Assembly (NCBI GenBank): GCA_964460475.1
Contig: CAYWPP010000004.1
Coordinates: 22,977 to 86,976 of the forward strand
DNA length: 64,000 bases
Reading direction: 5' to 3'
Source of the DNA: an uncultured Candidatus Peribacteria bacterium
GTDB lineage: Bacteria; Patescibacteriota; Gracilibacteria; Peribacterales; Peribacteraceae
The translations under genes were made by a program, and so were the position numbers. Under the pieces are notes generated by a model. That model saw only the letters and a program-made list of their open reading frames with translations. It searched no databases and was not told the origin of the DNA. Shown here piece by piece: positions 27,729 to 35,788 of this stretch (the stretch's first letter is position 1; every line of letters starts with the position of its first letter).

Positions 27729-28415
27729 ATGGCCGATGTACTCACCCTGACCGTACAAGAGCGCAAGACCGATGCGCGCGCGAAGCAGCTTCGAGCGCAG
27801 AACATCGTGCCGTGCGTGGTGTACGGAAACGTGAAGAATACGCTCCTGCAGTGTCGCGAGCAGGATGTGCACCGCGTGTACGCCAAGGCGGGGGAAAACA
27901 CCATCGTGGAGCTGGAATTCGACGGAAAGAACATTCCCGTGCTCTTCCACAGTATCGAGTGGAATCCGATCTCCGACCGGTACGACCACATCGATTTCCT
28001 CGCCGTCGATATGAGCAAGGAAGTCACCACGCATGTGCCCGTGCGCTTCATCGACGAATCCCCCGCCGTGAAGAACCTCGGGGCGATCTTCGTGACGGTC
28101 CTCGGCGAACTGACCGTGACGTGTCTGCCAAAGGATATCCCTCACGATTTCCAGGTCAGCATCGCGAAGCTGGAGAATTTCCACGACAGCATCACCGTCG
28201 CCGACATCGCCGTGCCGCAGGGCGTGACGGTCAAGGAATCCACGGACAAGGTCGTCGCGACCGTACAGGAACCGCGTGCGATTGAAGAGGAGCCGAAGCC
28301 CGCCGCGGAGGGAGAAGAAGGAGCCGGCGAGAAAGCCGAAGGCGAAGGTGGAGAGAAGCAGACCGAAGAGGGCGAGAAGGAAGGAGCGACGGAGAAGAGC
28401 GACAAAAAGGAGTAG
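27729..28415 (+). CDS. rplY: 50S ribosomal protein L25 / general stress protein Ctc form
   Basis: N-terminal L25 domain (RAQNIVPCVVYG) plus a Ctc-type C-domain and an acidic Glu/Lys-rich tail. Confidence 0.9.
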   Translation: MADVLTLTVQERKTDARAKQLRAQNIVPCVVYGNVKNTLLQCREQDVHRVYAKAGENTIVELEFDGKNIPVLFHSIEWNPISDRYDHIDFLAVDMSKEVTTHVPVRFIDESPAVKNLGAIFVTVLGELTVTCLPKDIPHDFQVSIAKLENFHDSITVADIAVPQGVTVKESTDKVVATVQEPRAIEEEPKPAAEGEEGAGEKAEGEGGEKQTEEGEKEGATEKSDKKE

Positions 28416-28437
28416 CGACTCACATCAGCGCTTGCGC

Positions 28438-29463
28438 ATGCGCCTGTTCCCCGCTCTTGCCATTGGCATTGCGACCGCGGTCACCGCATTGATCGTAGCT
28501 GCGCACGTGCGATTCGCGGGTTCGGTGCCACGCGAAGATCTGTCGTCGGAAACGCGGCAAGAACAGCGCCTTTCCATCAGGAACGTTCTTTCGAAGCTCA
28601 GCCTCTTTCCTCCCGGTCGGTCGGAACGCGCGCTCGTCGCCGTCATCGTCGAGAACCAGGAAGATGCCCGCCCGCATCAGGAAGGATTGGCGGATGCACT
28701 GCTCATCGAGGAGATGGTCGTGGAAGGAGGCATCACGCGATTCGCGGTCTTCTTCGACATCAACCGTCTTCCCTCGTCCGTCGGACCGATACGCTCGTTG
28801 CGACCGTACTTCGTGAGCGGCGCGCTCCCCTACGCGGGCACGATCATCCATGCCGGCGGCAGTCCGGAAGCCTTCGAGAAAGCCCGGCTGTACGGGGAGG
28901 AATTGACGACGGTTAATCTTCTGTCCTTCGGCGGCGGTCGCGCCAATTATCGCCGCAGCGACATTCCCGCTCCCCACAACGTCTTCCTCTCCGAGGAACA
29001 GCTCTCCCTGGCGCTTCCGGAGGAATCGCCGACGTCGGCATGGCCGCTCTTCGAGGAGGGATCACGGCGGGGATCGCAGGAAGACGCGCGGAACATCGAC
29101 GTGAATTTCTTCAGCAGCCTGCACAACGTCTCCTTCTCCTTCGACGCGAGGAAGCAAACCTACACCCGCACGAACGGAGGGATCGTGACCGATGCGCGAC
29201 CCGCGAATGTTTTGATCCTCGAATCCCCCATTACCGGCGTGGGGGAATTCGGGCGCTTGACGATCCCCCTACGGGGAAGCGGGGAAGCGCTTCTCTTCCG
29301 CAACGGTAACGTCATTCGCGCCACGTGGGAGAAAGAGGATGACGCGGGACGCTTTCGGATTCTCGACAAACAGGGGGAGAACGTGAGATTCGCAAAAGGG
29401 CAGACATGGATGCTGGTTCTGCCGGAACTCGACAGAGTGTCGTGGAGCGGGGAGGAGAACTGA
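28438..29463 (+). CDS. DUF3048 domain protein (membrane-anchored)
   Basis: VAVIVENQEDARPHQEGL..VVEGGITRFAVFF..VGPIRSLRPYF..HAGGSPEA is the DUF3048 signature order. ATG 28438 gives MRLFPALAIG. Confidence 0.75.
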   Translation: MRLFPALAIGIATAVTALIVAAHVRFAGSVPREDLSSETRQEQRLSIRNVLSKLSLFPPGRSERALVAVIVENQEDARPHQEGLADALLIEEMVVEGGITRFAVFFDINRLPSSVGPIRSLRPYFVSGALPYAGTIIHAGGSPEAFEKARLYGEELTTVNLLSFGGGRANYRRSDIPAPHNVFLSEEQLSLALPEESPTSAWPLFEEGSRRGSQEDARNIDVNFFSSLHNVSFSFDARKQTYTRTNGGIVTDARPANVLILESPITGVGEFGRLTIPLRGSGEALLFRNGNVIRATWEKEDDAGRFRILDKQGENVRFAKGQTWMLVLPELDRVSWSGEEN

Positions 29464-29567
29464 TCACTCGGCGTTGCAGGAAGCTCCGATCGTCAGATCG
29501 GGGACGCATGTGTCCTCATGATCTCGGCAAATCTTTCGAATGCCACGATCGTGAAGGCAGGAGGGCT

Positions 29568-31970
29568 TCACTTCTTACGCTCGTTCTTCTTGCGCTCTTT
29601 CGGCCGCAGGAAGTCGGGTAGCAGAATGGGCGGAACGATGCCGGGGAGCGATTCGATGACGGGAAGATCGTTGAGCGCAAGACGTCCCACGTACAGACGC
29701 CGCAAATCCCCGCCGCTGTCGGCAAACGCGGCGATATCCCGGTATCCACGGAAGTACGCAACGTCCTTGGTGAAGGCGCCGGGCTGCGCGGTGTCGCCCA
29801 TTCCCCGCTTGAGCGTCCAGGCTTTCCGCAAAGCTTTCTCCGGAGAGAAGCCGAGTTCTTCCAGATATTCCCGCGTCTCCCGGAAACCGTGGTGGAGCGC
29901 GTACTCGACGCCGAGCGTGCCGCGGGGGGCCCAGTATCGCTTATCATGCGAATCGGGAAGCACGCGATTCTGCAGATACACCGCAAGCCCCTCTTGCGTA
30001 TCGAGGTATCCGGCACAACCGACCTGCAGCAATTGGTAGGGCTGATGCCCGGCATTCTCCGATGTCAGGACGTGCGCTTCGATCTCGTGCGCGATGAGGG
30101 CGTCGACGTGCACCGGCTCGAACATCGCGTCCTCCCGCAGAAAGACGCTGCGGCCTCCCACCGCACAATCCGCGGAAAGCTGCGCTTTGATCCGCACCTC
30201 CCAGTCATGCAATCCGTAGCGTTCCAGCACCGCGGCGAATCGTTTCTGCACTTTCTGTGCCGAGAGGAGATCTTTCTCGCGCGGAGGCAGATCGCATGCG
30301 TCGCGATGTCGGAGCGCGCGCTCCGCCTCTCCGATAAGATCGGGAGTAGGAACGCCGTACAGATCCGTCGAGAAATGCGTGAATGCGTCATTATTGCCGC
30401 GTGACTCCAGGAGATCGAGACGCAGCAGCAGCTCTCGCTTCTTCTTACCGAGCAGAGTGCCGAGCGGCGTGTCATCGGTACGGACTGCGCGCACTCTCTC
30501 GCGTGTTTCCGGGAAATCGAGTTCCGTCGGCGCGTAGGAGAAGTGGGGCTCATAGGCGCAATCCGTGCGAAGGCGCGCGAGGTGTGTCGACGCTTCCAGC
30601 GGGCGCAACGCTTTCAGGAGCGGAATTTCACGATGCAACTCGGCAAGCTGCCTGTCCGCGCTGTGCAGATCGGCTTTGATTTTCGTTCTCGGTCCGGCGA
30701 TGCTCCGGGGCTCCCGCCTGTTCGGATCGATGAGGAATCCCTTCAGATCGCGCCTGCCGAGCGACACGCGCACCGGCGAATCGATGTGCTTGCTGACGAT
30801 AATCGTCTGGATTTTCTTGCCGCCAAGCAGGAACCGCACGCGATACGTGCCCTCCGTTTCGTTCTCCGGTTCCAGAACGCCGCGCTCCAGAAGCTCATCC
30901 ACGAGATCGGGGGCGAAAGCCGTTCGCTCATGTTTGGCATGGATGTGGCAGGCGATTTCGATGTTCTCATCCTCATCGGGAATGGTGATGGTTTCCGTCA
31001 GTCCCAGCGTGGGCATGTCGACCTGCGATGCGCGCGGCGCGGACGTCTGGCCGAAGAGTTCCTTGCCGAGCAGCACGCCTTTCTCCGGAGTCGGCACACT
31101 GAGGCCTGCAACACGTTCCAGACGGGAGCGGAGCGGAGCGAGATTCGCAATCTGCACGCTGAGTCCAGCACGGGCATTGACCTCCAGAAGCTTGGGGCCA
31201 CCCTCTTCATCAATCGTCATGTCCACCGCGAGATACCCGATATTCGTCACCTGCTGAATACGGGAACATGCGAGGAGGATGTCGTCCCAGAAGGGAATCT
31301 TCATGCCGGCGAACTCTCCGCCGTGCGGCAGCGCCTGAATGGTCTTGTTCCGCTGCGCCGCGAACGTGGTGGCGCCCTTCGCGAGATCGATGCCGATGCC
31401 GATACCGCCCAAATGCATGTTTGCCTTGCCGCCGCTCTCGGCCGTGGGAATACGCAGCATGGCCATAATCGGCACGAGGTTGAAGACCACGATGCGAAGG
31501 TCCGGCAATCCGGCGGGGCGGAAACGCGCGAAGCAGGAGTGGGGAATGAGAAGTTCCTCGAAGAACGCCGTATCGTTGCGTCCGTTCACGGAAAATTTTC
31601 CGTCGAGAATATCCTCGATGTGCTCGAAGAGGTTTTGCCGCGTCACCGGATGTTTTCCCTTCTCAAGAAACATTCCTTTCTTCTTTCCGCGCAGGATACG
31701 AATCCCCTCGCCGCCGTACCCGTAGTTCGGCTTCAGCACGCACTCGTCGGGCAGCTTGGAAAAATCGAACGCGCGGAGTTCGTCGCGCGAGGAGATGGTC
31801 GCATACACCTTCGGCACGGGGATGCCGCGCGTCGCCAAAAACAGCTTCGTACGCAACTTGTCATCGGCGAACGCCGTCACCGAACGCGGATTGAAGGGTT
31901 TGACGTAGAGGAGATTGCGGGCGTTGAGACCGAGGACGCCGCGCGTGGAGAGGAACGGGAGAACGGCCAT
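29568..31970 (-). CDS. triple-fusion protein: RimK-related ATP-grasp (alpha-L-glutamate ligase-like), RimB-like (retropepsin-like 'Zn-protease') module, DUF1704 / QEGLA-motif carboxypeptidase-like domain
   Basis: N-terminus: LGLNARNLLYVKPFNPRS..ADDKLRTKLFL and EVNARAGL (ATP-grasp). Middle: ...RVSLGRRDLKGFLIDPNR (RimB-like end). C-terminus: HEIEAHV ... DTQEGLAVY (QEGLA motif). Confidence 0.8.
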   Translation of the reverse strand: MAVLPFLSTRGVLGLNARNLLYVKPFNPRSVTAFADDKLRTKLFLATRGIPVPKVYATISSRDELRAFDFSKLPDECVLKPNYGYGGEGIRILRGKKKGMFLEKGKHPVTRQNLFEHIEDILDGKFSVNGRNDTAFFEELLIPHSCFARFRPAGLPDLRIVVFNLVPIMAMLRIPTAESGGKANMHLGGIGIGIDLAKGATTFAAQRNKTIQALPHGGEFAGMKIPFWDDILLACSRIQQVTNIGYLAVDMTIDEEGGPKLLEVNARAGLSVQIANLAPLRSRLERVAGLSVPTPEKGVLLGKELFGQTSAPRASQVDMPTLGLTETITIPDEDENIEIACHIHAKHERTAFAPDLVDELLERGVLEPENETEGTYRVRFLLGGKKIQTIIVSKHIDSPVRVSLGRRDLKGFLIDPNRREPRSIAGPRTKIKADLHSADRQLAELHREIPLLKALRPLEASTHLARLRTDCAYEPHFSYAPTELDFPETRERVRAVRTDDTPLGTLLGKKKRELLLRLDLLESRGNNDAFTHFSTDLYGVPTPDLIGEAERALRHRDACDLPPREKDLLSAQKVQKRFAAVLERYGLHDWEVRIKAQLSADCAVGGRSVFLREDAMFEPVHVDALIAHEIEAHVLTSENAGHQPYQLLQVGCAGYLDTQEGLAVYLQNRVLPDSHDKRYWAPRGTLGVEYALHHGFRETREYLEELGFSPEKALRKAWTLKRGMGDTAQPGAFTKDVAYFRGYRDIAAFADSGGDLRRLYVGRLALNDLPVIESLPGIVPPILLPDFLRPKERKKNERKK

Positions 31971-31978
31971 GAGGGATC

Positions 31979-31987
31979 AGTATAGCA
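31979..31987 (-). promoter_or_regulatory. extended -10 TGCTATACT, 8 nt upstream of ATG 31970
   Basis: The minus strand reads CTCTGCTATACTGATCCCTC-ATG. The same 12-mer CTCTGCTATACT occurs upstream of the gene at 40650. Confidence 0.5.
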
Positions 31988-32056
31988 GAGAAAAAGTGCT
32001 TTCCTCGGAACCCTACAAGCTCACAACGTTGCAGGCGGTAGCGTGCAGGCGACGAG

Positions 32057-33568
32057 TCATTCCTGGAGATGCGAGAACACTTCGCGGAAGCGGAAGTACT
32101 CGATGAGTCGCAGACCGGAGTAGCGGCCGAGGAGGAAGTTGAGCGGCAGCGTCATGAGGATGCTCTCGGGGTACGCGAGGATGAACGACTGCAACATGGG
32201 AAGACGCACGATGAAGACGCAGAGCAGCGCGGCGAGAACGGTTTCGACGATGCCGTAGAGAGCGGACAGCATGCCCTCGGTCCCTTCGAGCGTCAGGAAG
32301 CTTTCCGAGAGCGTCGACATGATGAGCAGGACGAAAATCGTATCCGGCGCCAGCACGATGCCGAATGACGCACCGAGCGCAAGCGCGAGAAGGAGGATGA
32401 TGCTCACGACGCTCAGGACGATGGCGATTTTGGGGATGTAGAGAATACGCCACCGCTTCATGACTTTGCGGGAGACGTAACTGCCGAAGAGAATGAAGGA
32501 GAGGAACACGATGCCGATGGGCCAGCCGAGCGCCAAGAAGCTGAGTGCGATGATCGACGGCGTGTAGAGACCGAAGGTCGTCACGCCGATCACCTGCTTT
32601 AAGAACGCGAGGATCGTCGCGATGACGGGAAGCATGAGCAGAAGAATCACGGTCTGACTGGAAATGCCGTGCATCAACATGTAGTTCACGAGGAGCGACA
32701 GCACGTTCCACGGACGCACGGAGAGCGAAGACGCATCGAGCGCCACCGTCTCGATGTCGCGCTGCTGCAGCGTGTCGATGAAGTTCGTGATGTCGGTCGC
32801 CGAGAGGAGCGGATTGATCGATTCGTTGCGCGTCAGCAGGAGATTCGCGGGCTGCATGACGGAAAACGGACCGCGCACGGCACGGCCCAACGTGTGCAGA
32901 CTCCCCTCGCTGATGACGACGAGCGAGAGATTCTGCAGCGTCTGCAGGCGCTCGGCATCGCTACGCGAGGCGCGCATGAGCGCCTGCATGCCTGCGATGG
33001 GATCGCCCGTCCACAGCACGACCGCGTCGGCGTTCGCAAGCCTGTCGAACTGATCGCCCAGAAGCTGCACCAGAGACTCTTCGACACCGAGCGGAATGGC
33101 CGACACGGGAGGCTTGAGTACCTGCAGGAAGACGCCTTGCTCCGCGGCGGTTTCCTGATGCACGGAGAGCTTGTCCGACGAGACGCTCTGGTCGGCGATG
33201 ACGACGATTTTGCGCGTGAAAACGGTAATCGTGCGCTCCGTCTCGGACTCGAACGTTTCCCCGTCGATCTCCTGTCTGACGACGAGGCGGATGACGAACT
33301 CGCCCGGTTCCTCGGGCGTGAACAGCGCTTCCACGGAACGGCTGATCGACTGGGTAAACTGGTCCTGATGCCATTCGTACGTGATTGCTCCGCTTGCGGT
33401 TCTACTCGCCGACGCGTCGAGAACGATCGTGCGTCCCACCTGCACTTCGGACGGTCCCGAGATAACTGCGCGCGGCACGTCCGGCGGCGCATCTTGCGCC
33501 ACGGCAAGAAAAGACGGAACAAGGAACGTTCCGAGCGTGCCCGCGAGAACGGCAAGCGAGCGCGTCAC
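32057..33568 (-). CDS. PKD-like ectodomain fused to the 7TM module usually found fused to inactive transglutaminases
   Basis: Signal peptide. PKD-like segment (ISGPSEVQVGRTIVLDASAS...YEW). C-terminal 7 TM helices ending LLGRYSGLRLIEYFRF. GTG start overlaps the hpf stop (GTGA). Confidence 0.7.
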   Translation of the reverse strand: MTRSLAVLAGTLGTFLVPSFLAVAQDAPPDVPRAVISGPSEVQVGRTIVLDASASRTASGAITYEWHQDQFTQSISRSVEALFTPEEPGEFVIRLVVRQEIDGETFESETERTITVFTRKIVVIADQSVSSDKLSVHQETAAEQGVFLQVLKPPVSAIPLGVEESLVQLLGDQFDRLANADAVVLWTGDPIAGMQALMRASRSDAERLQTLQNLSLVVISEGSLHTLGRAVRGPFSVMQPANLLLTRNESINPLLSATDITNFIDTLQQRDIETVALDASSLSVRPWNVLSLLVNYMLMHGISSQTVILLLMLPVIATILAFLKQVIGVTTFGLYTPSIIALSFLALGWPIGIVFLSFILFGSYVSRKVMKRWRILYIPKIAIVLSVVSIILLLALALGASFGIVLAPDTIFVLLIMSTLSESFLTLEGTEGMLSALYGIVETVLAALLCVFIVRLPMLQSFILAYPESILMTLPLNFLLGRYSGLRLIEYFRFREVFSHLQE

Positions 33569-33918
33569 GAGCGGCGGAACGCGGAACGAAGTTTCTGCAT
33601 TCGACCCCGTTGTGTGTGCGATTCCTTGTACCGTTTGATCTGCGGTTCGAGCTTCTCGATACAGCGATCAAGAGCATCGAGCGCACGCGGCTTCCTGGAT
33701 TCCGCGCGGAGAATCTTCTTCGGAAGGTGAACCGTCACCATCACTTTCACCTGGTCGTTCTGCTTCTTCGTGTTCCTGCTTTCGGATTCCACGCGGATCT
33801 TCGATCCCTCGTCCTTCAGACGACGGCAGTAGGTGGCGAGCTTGCCGAGCTTCTTGGCAAGCAGCAGAAGGTCTTTATCGGTGTATCGGACGCCTTTTTC
33901 GTAGTGTTCGACATGCAT
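33565..33918 (-). CDS. hpf: ribosome hibernation promoting factor / RaiA family (short form)
   Basis: S30EA fold pattern: LAKKLGKL...VKVMVTVHLPKKILRAES..RALDALDRCIEKLEPQIKRYKE. ATG 33918 gives MHVEHYEK. Confidence 0.8.
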   Translation of the reverse strand: MHVEHYEKGVRYTDKDLLLLAKKLGKLATYCRRLKDEGSKIRVESESRNTKKQNDQVKVMVTVHLPKKILRAESRKPRALDALDRCIEKLEPQIKRYKESHTQRGRMQKLRSAFRRS

Positions 33919-34064
33919 GGGAAAACGCGGGGGAAGAACGCGCGATATCCTAGCAAAAAGAATGGTGAAGGAATAGTGAAGAAGGGCCGACATGCGCCGA
34001 TGTAGTCGTACTGCGACTGACTCTCTTTGCCGTTCGGGAAGTCCTTTTAAAAGAGAGAAAAATC

Positions 34065-35546
34065 ATGTATAATACTAAGAAATTCACATCCACTCCTATG
34101 CCTGAAGGTTTTGAGTCCTTATCGGAACACGCCGGTGACGTGCGTGACGAACTGGAGCGTCTGCGCGCGCAGATAGCTGCGAACGAGGCGGCGGACGCAC
34201 TGCAGGAAGAAGAGAGCGATGAGCCTCGGGAGACTGACGAAGCGTCAACGGAGAGCGACGAACAGGTCCGCAAGATTCTCACGGAAGGCCTGACGCCCGC
34301 GGTTAAGAAGTACGTCGAAGCCGTACAGGGCATTGAGGTGGAATCTTCGCATCTTGCGCGGAACGAGAGGTTCGCGAAGTTTCTGGAGATCAAAAATGCG
34401 CTCGTTGACGAAGCATTGTCGGGCATTGATCTCGATCCCGCTGCACTCGTAAGTGGCCTCACCGAAGGAAGAGTGACGCTGGACAGCCTGCGGCAGATGA
34501 CCGTCACGGACACGAATGACGAGAAGGAAGCACTGCGATCGGTGATGACGCTCGGCGAAAAAGTTCGCGAAGGCCTCGGTTCCTTCCTGGAAAAAAGCGG
34601 CCTCGGCAGAATGGCGGAAGGATTCGGCATGGATGTCTCTTCCCTCTTCCCGTTGCTTATCCCCCTTCTGGCCGGAAAGCTGGATGCAATGGGCGCCACA
34701 CCCGGCATGACCTTCTTCCGCAATGCTGCGTTCAAGATGCGCGCATACGAAGCTCGTGAACAGGCGAAAGCCGAAGGGTACGATCGTGAGACGATCAGCG
34801 CGGCAATGCCCGCGTGGGAAACGGCGTACAAAGAGTGGATGAAGAATCCGCCGGAATCCGCAGGGCCGCCGCCGGACTTTTCCTCGATGATCGCACAGCA
34901 GGCAGCGGAGACGGCACAGCAGGAACAGGAACGCGTACAGACGGAAGCACGCGAAGAGCTTGCCTCCGCATTCAGGGAATACGCGACGACGCACGGACTC
35001 CTTCCCGGCACATCCGCCATCGAAGTTACCGAGAGCGAAGCGACTCTGGAACGGAAGGACGGAGGTATCACGGCACGTCTGCCGGAAGCCGCATTCGCAA
35101 AGCAGGAAGACGGAAGCTTCACGCTCACGGCGCAGGGCGAAGCGCTCCGAAATCTGTTGCCCGTCATCGCGGAACACGAGAACGTGAAAACGATCACGCC
35201 GTCGGACACATTGGAAGTGTCGGGAGGTGAACAGGGCATCGACGTGAAGGCTTCGATCGACGGTACGAACATGACGCAAGAACGTCTGGCACACGCCCTT
35301 ACGTTCCTGCCGAGCACGCGCATCCGCTCGGTGAAACTCGACGCGCTGAATGCCGGCACGAACGCCGGCTTCGCGAAGCTGGAAAACGGAACGCTCTTCG
35401 TGAACTACAAAGCGCTCGACGGTGATATGAATCAGGCGGCGCTGAAAGAGAAGGTGGAGAATTTCGCCGTGATCAGCGAAACCGACGTGCATCTGTGGGA
35501 GCACGACGGAAGAGAATGGAATGAACATTCCCCCGCCCAAGCATGA
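34065..35546 (+). CDS. hypothetical acidic protein (493 aa)
   Basis: Coding-like codon usage, whereas the two long antisense ORFs are Ser/Arg/Cys-rich junk. ATGA overlap with the next ORF. No domain recognised. Confidence 0.6.
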   Translation: MYNTKKFTSTPMPEGFESLSEHAGDVRDELERLRAQIAANEAADALQEEESDEPRETDEASTESDEQVRKILTEGLTPAVKKYVEAVQGIEVESSHLARNERFAKFLEIKNALVDEALSGIDLDPAALVSGLTEGRVTLDSLRQMTVTDTNDEKEALRSVMTLGEKVREGLGSFLEKSGLGRMAEGFGMDVSSLFPLLIPLLAGKLDAMGATPGMTFFRNAAFKMRAYEAREQAKAEGYDRETISAAMPAWETAYKEWMKNPPESAGPPPDFSSMIAQQAAETAQQEQERVQTEAREELASAFREYATTHGLLPGTSAIEVTESEATLERKDGGITARLPEAAFAKQEDGSFTLTAQGEALRNLLPVIAEHENVKTITPSDTLEVSGGEQGIDVKASIDGTNMTQERLAHALTFLPSTRIRSVKLDALNAGTNAGFAKLENGTLFVNYKALDGDMNQAALKEKVENFAVISETDVHLWEHDGREWNEHSPAQA

Positions 35547-35788
35547 CGCATGAGCGATTGCCAACGTCAGAAGTGCCGGCATCGGACGTCGTGGAGACAG
35601 CCTCGATGCGCACACGCGACAAAATCTTTCGCGCTATCGGTAATACCGTGGAAATCACGACGGACACGGCCGTCTTCGGAGCGAAAGCGACGGGCTACTC
35701 CCTTGGGAAAACACTCCAGGGAATAGGTCAGAGCATCTACGGCCTTCTCAAAGGCATCACGGACAAGGAATTCCCCCACTCCCGATGA
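35543..35788 (+). CDS. hypothetical small protein (81 aa)
   Basis: ATGA overlaps at both ends. Gly/Thr-rich central segment. Confidence 0.5.
   Translation: MTHERLPTSEVPASDVVETASMRTRDKIFRAIGNTVEITTDTAVFGAKATGYSLGKTLQGIGQSIYGLLKGITDKEFPHSR

Noticed and set aside
33950-35615. Two long minus-strand ORFs (469 and 456 aa) opposite the 493-aa hypothetical gene
   Set aside because: Their products are Ser/Arg/Cys-rich with no hydrophobic periodicity. The plus-strand frame has coding-like GC3 and is translationally coupled (ATGA) to the downstream genes.
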